Assembly: GCA_964187785.1 (NCBI GenBank)
Contig: OZ076409.1
Coordinates: forward strand, 53,880,001 to 53,944,000
Length of the DNA stretch: 64,000 nt
Source of the DNA: Amphiscolops sp. MND2022
Lineage: Eukaryota
Direction of reading: 5' to 3'
The notes beneath the pieces were generated by a model. The model was not told the DNA's origin. It did not search any database and saw only the letters and a list, made by a program, of their open reading frames with translations. Positions 10,533 to 22,108 of this stretch are shown piece after piece. Made by a program: the position numbers and the translations under genes. Within the stretch, counting starts at the first letter, position 1. Each line of letters starts with the position of its first letter.

Positions 10533-13500
10533 ATGGATTCAACATCAGGTTGGTTCCTTTTTAAAGTGTTAAAATTAGGCTTGATCAGGGCTCGTAATTT
10601 TAACTAAGTTACATCGTGAAATGTTTGCTGTCAGCATGAACACTAAGTCAAAGAACTTCCCGAAGAAATTTAAATGCGGTAAGATGGATTCATATTCAGG
10701 AAGTGAACCGCGATTATTTATCTCATTCCGTTTAGGTAATGAGTCGAACGGCCAACCTCTCCAAGTTGCTGCTGACGAAGAGAAAATGGATACTAGCGAT
10801 TCGTTTGTCACTGCTGTCTCCAATGTTGGGAATCCTTCTCCAACAGGGGCCAATACTTGCGGTCTACCTGAGTCAGAAGTCAATGCCACTAGCCTTGAAG
10901 GAGTGATAGAAGTAACTGCAATGAGTATTGAGGAACGTGAGACGGTCACTGACGCGTTGCAAGCCAATGAAACACTGGATCCCTCAGTTGAGGTAGCACA
11001 AGGGTCTTCAGCTGTTGAGCCCAGTACTGCAACCACTCCAGACATTGCTGCCGGGCCTCCCAACGTTGAGAGTAGTAGCACCGACGAGAGCTGTGACGCA
11101 CACATCGCCAGGAAATGGGAGCAATGGGGCACTTCACAAGAACCGTGTACCTCCAGTCAAGCCGACGGCAAAGACGCTAAGTACAGTGAAAGCGTGATAA
11201 TGGAATTAATACCTGGACAGCGTCCCACAGACTACAAAGAGGCTGACAATGACTCTGTGTCTGAAGTGGCATTTTTGGATACCCCAAAACTACCACTAAA
11301 AAGCAATTTGAAGTCTCTGTATCGACCTACTGAGGCTAAGGTTCAAAAACTCTGCGTTAAAATGGGAGATACGAGAAGAGAACATTCCATATCTGACTAT
11401 GAGACCAAAGGACTTTCAACTTCGGAGGGATACTCTGCCGACGAATTTGAAGATGCTGGTCAAGATGATACCGTCATCCGGGTATCACCGAATAAGTCAG
11501 GAAGCGACCGCGCACAAGAATCAGATGGGCCGATTGGATCAACGGTAGCTGAAGCATTGTATGCGCCTGTGCAGTCAAATATGTTCCGAGTTAGTGACGT
11601 GGCCAGTAATACATCTGCCGATTTCCCTGAGGTTATGCCACGGGTTGCTCAATTATCTGCCAGTGGACGTGCCTTAATGAAGGAATACTTTGAAGAAGCA
11701 ACTCCTGTCCGTTTGCCTCCTGGGCATTCTACTCTCGCTCTCAACGAGGGACAAGTTAGCCACATGCTAAAGGTTTTGGCTGACGAAGCAGTGAAATCGT
11801 CCCTGAAGGCCATGGAAAACTTAGTCCACCAAGCCAGTCGACTGAACCTTGGGCAGCAGACGTCAACCGCTTTTGGTATGCCTATGTCAAGGCGACCTTC
11901 TTCTCGAGGTAGCGATATTGACTCGCAGTCCGGATTCTCCTCAGGCCATGCCAGTGATACTAGCGGAGCCATCAAAAGTAATGATGATTTGGGCAGCATT
12001 GGTTATGTCTATGAACACTCCGACCTAGAAAGCCAGCGGATCACTCTCCCTCCAGCAGGTCCATCCGGAAGCCGTCATGCTGACCTTGCGTCCCCAGAGG
12101 TCTCTACTCGTGTGGATAGTCCTGGAGCGCAGACCTTGGCTGGACTTAAGGCGGAAGCAGTTGCTGAGAAAGTCAGGTCAAGTTGTCGGAAAAAACAGCG
12201 CAAGGCGCCTGCTCGGTCCGGTGGGGGAAATAGACATCACGTGACTCGAGCCTGCAAAATGATGAAGGAGGCTTATTTCAAGGGGATGGAGTGGACCAAG
12301 ACATTTGTGTCCGGACCAGTAGACCCACGCTGGAACCCCCACAAATTTTACTGCCAAATATGTAAAGGCAACATATCCATCTACGGACGAGGCGCCAGGG
12401 AGATACTCCGTCACCACGCCACTGAACGCCATCTCAGGAAAGATCAGAGGTGGCGTTATGAACATCTCTCAACCAAAGATCCCATAACAAAGCAGGTGAA
12501 GCACTACGTTCGCGGGAAAGACGGCCGACTTCTCACTCCTTATGAACTCCAGCTGGAGTTACCCAAATTCATTGGAGTTGAACTCATTGATATCGGAGAG
12601 AAATTGCCGTTCTACGATGAGTACCTACAAGGAACCGACTACATGGCTTCGTCATCGGAAAATTGGGTCCGAGTGCAGATTTCAGTACTAGGCAATTATT
12701 TACGAAGTTACGGAGACATCAGTACATTGAGGGAATTTTGGCGAGACATTGGAGTAGTAGTAAACCACCAGTCTCTCTTCACTGATTTCGACTGGAGTAA
12801 AGAACGTTTGTCGGTGAGTAAATTCTTCTAGTCTTCTTGACCTTGGGTCTTTCCTAGGAACGTTGTATTTATCGTTCTTTTATCGTATCATTGGTGTTTT
12901 CCAGGTTCTTTTTCACCATCTCTTCTTACAAGTGATGCGCGATGTGGCTAGTCACGTGATCGCATCGGGAGAATACTCACTTGAGTTCATCAAGCAAGGT
13001 GTCTGCCTGCTGGTTTTCGTGCGCTTCTGGAGGAAAGACGAGTTGTGCCGTGTGTTCTTAAAGCGGACCGGACGGGTGTTAGGACAGTCGTCAGCTGAGT
13101 TGGGCCTAATCAGTAACGTAATGGCTGCCGTATCCACAAGTCCCAACATTATCTGCTGTTCAGGCAGCTCATTGGAGAAGATTCACCTCTTCGACAATTC
13201 ACCTTACTGTGAACATGGACTGCAATGTCCATTCAGATTTGAGGACTTTTCAATAGCCAGCCTAATGCACAAGGAAAGCTACAGCGTCTTTGGGCGGATC
13301 GATTTCCATTCAGTCCTAAAGTATTTAATTGTTTTCTTGGGCGGATGCTTGGATTGTGATTGGACAATGATGACACCAATACTAGCTAAGGTTAGATCCT
13401 GTCTTGTATTCACCTAGTAGAATTACTTGTCTAATGAGCAAGGGTTAGTAAGTTACGTGACTTCAGGCCGTACGAACTTGTCAGATTGAATTGGCTACTC

Positions 13501-14966
13501 TGCCCACACTCTGTCAGGAACTGTTAACGAACTGGACAAAGATCACCACTTATTTGAATACTCACGCTCCTCCTCACGAAATGATGGGAGCTCGAAAGCA
13601 GGTAAGATACTGCCGTCACTCTGACCACTGGTCCAACAAGATCTGATTTGATTTCTTAACTGCTGTTTCAGCCGCAGGACCTAGAACGTGCAATGATTCA
13701 CGATGAACTATTTTTGTGCCGACTTGAACTTTTCTATCGCTGGGTCAGAGATTGTAAGTCTTGATAGTCAAACTTATGCATCCGTGTTTGGTTTTGTTTT
13801 GGGCATAATCAATGTCTCGTTTAGATACCACTAGCTTTGTGCCGCATCTTGTAGAGAGACGAGACCACGGGTTCCATGTGTACAGACAACTGTGCCAATT
13901 CTTGTTCAAACTGGGCAGGCGTTGCATTAAGCCAAAAAGCCTCCCACAAGAAAGTGACCTGTCCGGAATCCTCAACATAGCCGTGTCTGACGCCAAGGCA
14001 CTAAGCGTGACTGACTTCATCGCGCGCTCCAAACTTGATCAGAGACTGAAAGTTGCATGCAAAATAAAGGCTGACAAAGAACTGAGCGACAAAAAAGGCA
14101 ATCGATCCAATCTGCCTAAACTCATTAAAGAAGCCAAGGAGGAGTTCGGTCGACTTGGGCGCAGTTATGTTGCGTATCTATTTCACGCGACCCAAAACAA
14201 TTTGCAGCTGACGTCTGACATAGTGAAGGGGTTGGGATCATTTGACCTCGAAATTATGTTCCGGTCTCCCCTCAGCCAGGCCTTGTACTGCTTTAAGCAG
14301 CTCTTCCGTAGTTTCCATCTCCGTGGGTATTTTCAGGCGGACGACGAGTCTATTCTTACAGAGGAATAACTGTCATTTCTTGATGAACTGCGAAAAGAGA
14401 TGCCTGATTTGGAACAACCCAGAGTCATAATTCTTGATGCTGTCTCGTACATTTCCAAGCATTCGGCCTTGCAGTCTCGGCCCCATCTCACTCGAATTTT
14501 CAAATTGAGTTGTCTCTGCCTTGATGAGAGTTATACCAGCATGCCAGTAGTGAAGTTTGGTCCCGTCCGCACGGATGATCCTAAGAGCAAGCTCATAGAT
14601 ACCATTTTGCCAGTTCAATCCTTCTTTATCAACGTGGGACGAAGTATAGATAGCCTTACATCAGCCTCTTCAATTGCCAAATTCTTGGCCTTTGAGCCTA
14701 ACTTTGGAAATTCTGCCTTTAGTGACACATATTGCCCTTGGGACAGTCTTGATCAATTCAACCGCAATACGATCCTTGCTACTTTGAAGCCCGAGTCAAA
14801 GAAAAGAAAATTAGACTCTCGGAAATTGAGGTTCCAAAATTTGAAGCGGGGCAATAGTTCTAAAAGCCTTCCTCCACCCAGCGCTAAGGGGTCGCCGATC
14901 AAACGTCAATCTGACAGTGAGCTGCCTACTAGTTCTAGAGTTCGATATTTTGATAACGATTGTTAA
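10533..14966 (+). CDS. Antisense, spliced zinc-finger (BED-like) gene inside element 1. Exons 10533-10548, 10736-12813, 12905-13390, 13467-13601, 13672-13753, 13825-14966; ~1312 codons with one premature TAA at 14367
   Basis: Five GT..AG introns with phases 1,0,0,0,1 join the separate ORFs into one frame. Contains the CQIC-x14-HH-x4-H finger. AATAAA at 15131. The first mini-exon is the least certain. Confidence 0.8.
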
Positions 14967-15150
14967 CTGTACTTTATGTACATTTGTGTTTATCTGTATT
15001 TATGTAATCTTTCGTTTGTTTGTACTTTTGAGTTTTTCTGTTTATATAACCGTGTCATTTGTGACACCAAGGTGAAAAGACAGTCTGGGCCTAGCAAATG
15101 ATTAAAGAATCACAAAAGATATGTCAGGCCAATAAATTCACGTTTTCTGT

Positions 15151-18100
15151 CTAGTATCTGTATTCGTCAGTAAAGTTGGGGGTAGGATTGGGGCGTAAGT
15201 TATATTTCCCTCCCCTAGGACTTTCGTTTTCTACAACGTAATCATCAGTTTCTTCAATTAATACATCGGGCACGGTTGTATCGTTCCCTCCGATATTTGA
15301 AAAATCAGAATTTCCATCCCTGGGAGAGTCCCGATTGGGCAGATTATCGTTTCCCAATTCAGTACTTTGTTGCCGTCTGCTGGACTGACGGTCTTCATTA
15401 GGTAGGTCGCGCGCATACTGATCAGAATTATCAGACTCAGTATTTGTTTGCCGTCGCGCGGACCGAAGGTCCGCTTCAGCTACTTCACGCGAGTGTGAAT
15501 CAGAATCCGCAGCGTCAGTATTTTCTTGCCGCCGCGTGGACCGAAGGTCCAAATCCGTGATTATAGCGTCTTGTTCATCAAAGTGAGTAGGAGAATGGTT
15601 GGGAATGATTTGCTGTTCAGTACTAGGAGGGAAATCATCGAAATCGCTTTCCCATGAAATAATGTACAGGTCGTCTTGCGGGATATAATTTCATCATCAG
15701 CTTGTAAATTTCCTTCAGGACGAGTATCTTGTAAGGTAGTATTTGGAGTATATTTTCGAAGGCGTATTCGGTGTAAAATTTGCGTTTTGTTAGAATTAAG
15801 TTTGCGCACTATATAATTCTCGTTAGGAAGGACCTTTTCGATGACATATGGTCCAATCCATCTAAATTCTCGAAATGGGATTTTAGAACTCTGATGATCT
15901 GCTAGTGGCTGTAAAATGAAACAAAAATCTCCTTGTTCTAAGGGAGCTGCTTTAGCCTTCCTGTCGTAATAGTCTTTGTACTTTAAGTATGATTGCATAA
16001 TGTTTTTCTTTGTTTTATCGATAAGAATTTGAGTGCGGCGTTGGAGTTCTTCAGCAAAGTCAGTTGTTGGTATGATTTTCGGGTTGGGGTTCAGACCTAA
16101 CCTATGGTCCAGGATGTTATAAGGCACTCTGCCATGAAAAATTCTGGATGGCTCGCAACCTAGGCTAGAGTGGTAGGTTGTATTGTAATTAAGGACAGCC
16201 AAAGGAAGGTATTTATGCCACTGGCGCCTGTACTCTCCTGATGCCATTTTGAGGTTTCCTTTAAGGCTGGCATGGGTTCTCTCTAGTTTACCTATGGTCT
16301 GAGGATGCTTTGTGGTGGCGCATTGAAGTGTGATGCCCAAAATTTTTGCTACTTCTGATACTACGCGAGACGTAAAAGCCGTTCCTTTATCTGTGATAAG
16401 TGTCGTTGGTAGATACGTGTGTCGGGTCATGATGTCAATGAGAACTTTTGCTGTACTGATGGCCGACGCGTCCGTTACGGGATACGCGAAGAGGTATCTG
16501 GAGAAGACATCTAAAGCTGTTATGATGTTTTCATATCCTCCACTTGGTGGTAGATTGGGTAAAAGGTCAATTTGTAAGGCATCTTCCGGGCCTAGATCCC
16601 ATTCAGGCAAATTTAGTAATTCGGGTGTGATTGATGCGTTAGCGATTCGTTTGTCTTTGATGCAGATTTCGCACCCTTGGACCCATTTTTCGACGATTTT
16701 TGCAACGCCCGGATAATAGTATTTTTGACGTATTTCATGAAGCATTTTGGAAATTCCCGGATGTTTATTCGCAGTTTCATGTAAGGATTGGAGTAATTCA
16801 GTAACAAGATGTTTTGGTAGTAACACCTGACAAAATTGTACACTGCCGGTTTCATCGTAATAGTCTCTGTAGATAATATCTGCATGAACGGACAGACGGT
16901 CAAGTTGACGGCAGTAATGTCGGTAACGTGGATCTTGCTATAAGATGGTTTCAGAGTATTCTTCTTTTTGTAATTTGAGGCGTAGTTGTTGCAATGTGAT
17001 GTCATTGTTTTGTTCAATAGCCATGGTGATTGGTTTCGCTAGTTTTTGCAAAGTTGGAGTCTGGATTTGGGTACTTTTATGTAGGCTGAGTTTATCCAAA
17101 GTAATATCAGGTAGTTGATTTGTAGGATTTGACCTGGCCTCCTTTTTCCGTTGCCATAATTGTTCCTCAGTTTCTTCATCATCGTCTGTATAGAATATCT
17201 GGTCCTCTTCAGTCACTCCCGCTGATTGGACATTAAGTTCAATGGGTGTAGTGGGAATGTCCTCTCGTATGCGGAGTACAAGTTTCTCTTTGGGACAGAT
17301 TTCGAGACGAGAGAGATAATCTGCGGCGGTGTTGTTTTTCCCTGGTATATGGGCAATCGTGAAGCTGAACTGAATAACATAGTCACACGCATTCCATAGC
17401 GTTGGTGGAATAGTTTTCGTCTGAAAAAAGCGAGGAACTGATTTGTTGTCTGTTAGAATGATCACCGGTGTCGGGGTCCCCCAGAAGATGTGTCCAATCT
17501 CCTTGAAGGCAAAGAATATCGCTAAGAATTCTTTCGCATAGATGGACATTTTCAGCTGGGCGGGACTAAAGGTCTTGGATCCATATGCTACTGGTGCAAA
17601 GGCTTTGCGCGTTGAACTATATTTTTCCATTGGATCATCCTCGATGAGAACTGCATAACCTGCTGCCGAAAAACTAGCGTCTGTCATCAGGGCTATCTGT
17701 TTGTTGGGCAGGGGTTGTTTGAGTGCGAGATCACAACATCGGTCAAGAGCTTTATTGATCTCGGTGAATTGTTCTAACAGTTCGGGAGTCACCATGACTT
17801 TGGCATCATTTTTCAACAGCTTGAAGAATGGTGTTAGCTTTTCAGAGAGCCTTGGAATGTAATTGCAATAGTAGTTTAAAAATCCCAAATATCGCTGAAG
17901 TGCTTTTTTGGATTTCGGAAATTTCGTTTTCTCTAGGAAGTTTTGGACCCTGGGTCGGTGCGGCCGCACTCCCTCAGGAGTGATGGTGCGTCCCAGGAAG
18001 TCAATTTCTTTGGCTCCGAAGTGACATTTGTGCATCGTTAATTTAAGACCTGCGGTTCTGATGCATTCAAAGGTTGCTCGCAAGTTGTTGATGAGTTGAG

Positions 18101-20312
18101 TGGCACTGTTGGCGGCAATCCCAATGTCATCGACATATTGAGCACATTGATCCGCTTTAATCACTTTATCTAGGTATTCACGCATGAAACTTGAGAAAGC
18201 TGATAGGGCGCGGCTCAAACCTTGCGCGAGTCGGCGGTAGGCAAAAGTTCTACTGGCGAAAATGAACGCCAACATCTCTATGGACCTCTGGTCCGCCATC
18301 TGCAGACAGTGATATGCCTGAGAACAGTCGAGCTTGCAGAATAATCGTTTGCCTGCCATGTGTTGCGCTGCATCCGTTAGTGTACTGACAGGATGGTTGT
18401 TGTTGATATAATCGTCGGAAATCAAATTGTTGATTTTTCGGAGGTCAACCAACAGTCGTAATTTGCCATTAGGTTTTTTCTGGGCAAAAATGGGACTCGC
18501 ATATTTGGAAAACGGTAGTGTCGTTATGATCCCATAGCGGTGGCGTAGCGCTAATTCAACAAGAATGTCTTCTTTGAGGTTGATAGGGGTAGGTAGGCTT
18601 TGACTGTAGGCAGGAGAGTCGTCTTTAGGGGTCAGTGTGACTTTGAAGTCCTCGTTCATACCTATATCAAAGCGGTGCCTTGCAAAAATGTCGTGAAACT
18701 CGACAAGTAATTCTTCAATTTGGGCAATTTCAACTGGATTTAGCGTTGAGTCAATCCAGTCAAAATTGGCAGGAAACTGTTTCCTGGACTCAGGGTCATC
18801 CTGAGGGTTGAGTTTCTCTGAATCCTGAAGGCTTTGTAATTCCCTGAGGATTCTTTGTTGTATGGGTGTATGTGTCTGAGTGTCTCCTGGTTCTTCTGGG
18901 GTCGGGAACCAATAGTTTTCACTGTCTTCGCTAATCTTCGGGGATTTGATGAGGCTGCTGGCATAGTATGCAGCATTTTCCGGATTATCCTTCAAAAAGT
19001 GCCAGGTGGTCACCGGGTCGATGGGTTTGACATATTTCATCTGTTCTGGGGTGAGAACAAAGAAATTTGCAATGTGCGAACCTCTTTTGATAGTGTAAGG
19101 CTGGTCATTGAAATTGTTGACATGGATCGATACCTGACCTTGGGTCAGTGTGACGAGAGCAGCGCAGAAGGTTATATCACCATCTTCTGCAAGGTCATTG
19201 CTCGGTTGAAGAATTCCAGTGACGTTTGTGTCGTCATATAGTTGTGAGGACATGGAGACCATATGTCTGTCGTTGGGGGGAATAGTTATATCCTCCCGTG
19301 CACAGATAGGTTCCATGACATTGGTGTACTTGTGGTCAGCTGTTTTCAATTGCATGGAAAAGAATGGGAAGTTTAAAATTCCCTGTCGCATGTCCAATAT
19401 GGTATTGTTCCGTTGCAGGAACGAGAGACCAATGAGCGGACTTGAAAGTTTTTCCATGACAATGAAGATCTCATGGAAATCGATGTCCCCGACCTCGAAT
19501 TTGAGTTCAACTGTGCTCTTTGGATTCTCCAGCTGTCCATTAGCTACCATAATTTGGAAGTTGGGTGCCGGGCCCTCTTTAATTATGAACTGAGGGGCTA
19601 GTAATCGGATTTTACGTAGATGAGCTTCTGGGATCGCGCTAGATAGGGCTCCCGTGTCTACAAGGCCATCTAATGTTAGTTCGCCAAAATCCATTGGAAA
19701 GTAGAGCATGCGGCGTTTATATTTGCGTCCCAAGTTGGTGGTCAACGGGAAATAGTCAGGTTCACCATTTCGTGAGATCAACGTGTTCACATAGCGTTCT
19801 TCCACTGTTGCCGTCAATGTGATCAAAGGTCCATTGTGTGGAAGTTCTTGTGTGATTTCCTCCTGGATTGGTGGGTGGTTGTTAATCTGCCCCTTTTGCC
19901 AGGGGTCCACAGAGGCCATGGATAGTTTAGTATGCTGTAGCTGATCAATATGGTGTTGATCAGGTTCGATATCTGCAGCATTTTTGGTGAAGTTTTTGTA
20001 GAAGTGTAGATGATGCTGGTTGTAGATTTGAACGTCCCAATAGGGGTCGAAACCAAAGTCTGGGTCGGGATAATAGGGATTATAGTTTTCTATGAGGGGA
20101 AGAGTGCGAATAGTCATAGTGTTAGAGTGCTGTCTATTGAACTGAAGGTCCAAATTGTGTAAAATGGTAGGAGTTTGTTTCACCTGCTGCTGCCAGTCAG
20201 CTGATGAATTTTCTTTAATGGGGGAATAATATTCTGTATAATAGATAGTAGGAGGGTCAGATATGATATGTTGTCTGACGCGTAGTTTTTCATTAATCTG
20301 GAGTCGTGGCAA
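15151..20312 (-). pseudogene. pol: pol of element 1 (protease, RT, RNase H, integrase); a few frameshifts near 16940, 16830 and 15690
   Basis: Protease LVDTGA; RT YVDD; RNase H TDAS...TDNK; integrase HPG..CEIC, QIDL/DVFSR/TDKG/LERTH and GPY module. Confidence 0.95.
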
Positions 20313-20314
20313 AG

Positions 20315-22108
20315 CTAGTTTTTTGAATTTTTGAGAATAGAAGTAGTGGGTTTGTTATTGGAGTCATCTTGACTCATGGGATTTTCCTCGGTTTTGGAAT
20401 TATCCAATTTGAGGTTTTTGGGCTTGAGGTGGGCTCCAGCGCCTTTCCAACACCGTTCCGCCGGGTGATTCGTTTTGTCGCAAGTCGGACATTTGGGATA
20501 TTCCTTCTTCGTATCCTGCCCGCCATTGCGCTTTTGTTCCTCCTTTCTCTTGAGTTTTCGGCAGTCATCTGTGACATGTCCCGGCTTTTTGCAATAGTTA
20601 CAAGTGATATTCGGGTCAATGCCGGATGAAAGGAGACCAGTTCCCGGTCGTGTTGCTGTGGGGGCAGTGGACATTGTGGGGACGTGAATGTCGTCACCTT
20701 CCTCAAGTCCATTCAATTCTAATTCTCGTTCGAGATGTGTGACAATCTCTTCATACGTAGCGTTTTCAAGTCGCGACTTGTTGACTGAACGTTTCAGTTT
20801 GGGTGGTAGTTTGGCGTAAAGTAAACTGTCAATCATTGCTTGGGCATGTTCCCCAAAAGCTTTTTCAGCACCTTGGTTTAGTTCTTTAAGGAAGTCAGGC
20901 AATTTCACAGTATTTGGATCAAATACCAATTTGTGCCATTTATGTTTGGCGGTTGCCTGAGATTCGGGTTTGACATATTTCCTACGGAAGACTGCTAGTA
21001 TGTCCTCTAGGGTTTGTCTGTTGGTTGAATTGATGTTGCGAAAAGTTTGTAGGGCGTTTTTGCGCAACAGAGAGTGGAGATGGTTGATTTTCATTGTTTC
21101 CGTCATGTCTGGTTGCATCTTTATCATCGTGTGAAAAAGATCTTCGAACAGTTCGAACTTTTCAGATTTCCCGTCAAACGTCAGTGTGGTCGTACTGACT
21201 GGGCGTACCATCAGAGTTTGTGATGGTTGTTTCGTGTTCATCCCCAGAATGACATCTGCAAGACGGTTGATGGGGTCAACTGGGGGTTCGCGGGGCGTCT
21301 CCTGAGTGTTAATTGGAATTGGATTTTGCTGAGCTGGGAGGGTTGTTTCCAGCGTATCGTCAGTGCTGGGATTTGGAAGGGGAATAGTGTTTCGGGATTG
21401 CATGGGCCGTCCGGTCAGGAATTCTGGGACCATATGTGGGGTAAGGTTGGCTCCTGTCACCATGTCGTAACCATCATCATCACTTTGTTCGAAATCTACT
21501 AGATTCTCCCTACGGTGATTATTCTGGTTACTGGAAGTTGCGATTAATTTAGGAAAGTTCTCTCCTGAGTCCTGGACCTGTTGGCAAAATTTACTTTTAT
21601 GCCGTCCATGTGACTCAAGGTCTGGATTTTGAGTCATTTGGGTGTTTCTATCTAGATGCCGTCCATCTGACCGAAGGTCCCATTTTGTGTTTTTAGCTTC
21701 CCTATTGCTCATAATTACGTTTTCAATGCTTGGCAATATCCTTTCCTCAATTGCTGAGTTTATAACCTCCAAAATATGAGAATTCAAGTCTGATTTCATT
21801 TCCTCTATTTTCCTTGACATTTGTGACGAAATTTCTGAGTTTATCATTCTACTAGTCTCAACGGTAATTTCACTGTTTTCACCCAGATTAGTGTTTAGGA
21901 GTGATCTATAGTTTGGCTCATTTTGGTCTAAGGCCTGTTGCCGTCTTTCTGACTCGGGGTCAATCCCTATCTGATCAATGGCTTCTTGATCTCTATTTTC
22001 ACTATTGGTATAATTTCCCAACATTACGTCTAAATTGTCAATATCTGACATTACGTCAGAGTGTCTGGAGCGTTTCTCTTTTGCCTTTTGCTTTCTAGTT
22101 GAAGACAT
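20315..22108 (-). CDS. gag: gag of element 1 (597 aa, two CCHC knuckles)
   Basis: CNYCKKPGHVTDDC and CPTCDKTNHPAERC knuckles; lies directly upstream of pol. Confidence 0.92.
   Translation of the reverse strand: MSSTRKQKAKEKRSRHSDVMSDIDNLDVMLGNYTNSENRDQEAIDQIGIDPESERRQQALDQNEPNYRSLLNTNLGENSEITVETSRMINSEISSQMSRKIEEMKSDLNSHILEVINSAIEERILPSIENVIMSNREAKNTKWDLRSDGRHLDRNTQMTQNPDLESHGRHKSKFCQQVQDSGENFPKLIATSSNQNNHRRENLVDFEQSDDDGYDMVTGANLTPHMVPEFLTGRPMQSRNTIPLPNPSTDDTLETTLPAQQNPIPINTQETPREPPVDPINRLADVILGMNTKQPSQTLMVRPVSTTTLTFDGKSEKFELFEDLFHTMIKMQPDMTETMKINHLHSLLRKNALQTFRNINSTNRQTLEDILAVFRRKYVKPESQATAKHKWHKLVFDPNTVKLPDFLKELNQGAEKAFGEHAQAMIDSLLYAKLPPKLKRSVNKSRLENATYEEIVTHLERELELNGLEEGDDIHVPTMSTAPTATRPGTGLLSSGIDPNITCNYCKKPGHVTDDCRKLKRKEEQKRNGGQDTKKEYPKCPTCDKTNHPAERCWKGAGAHLKPKNLKLDNSKTEENPMSQDDSNNKPTTSILKNSKN
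20318..20324 (-). promoter_or_regulatory. -1 ribosomal frameshift slippery heptamer A AAA AAC at the gag/pol junction
   Basis: In the gag frame directly before TAG. A -1 shift opens the pol frame (CTA GCT TTG CCA...). Confidence 0.8.
21445..21462 (-). promoter_or_regulatory. Primer-binding site TGGTGACAGGAGCC.. of element 1 (tRNA not assigned)
   Basis: TGG starts immediately after the LTR-terminal CA and lies within gag codons (D-M-V-T-G-A). Confidence 0.75.

Noticed and set aside
10575..12465. Minus-strand ORFs 10575-11132, 11649-11999 and 12178-12465
   Set aside because: Antisense shadows of the long plus-strand exon, with no motifs.
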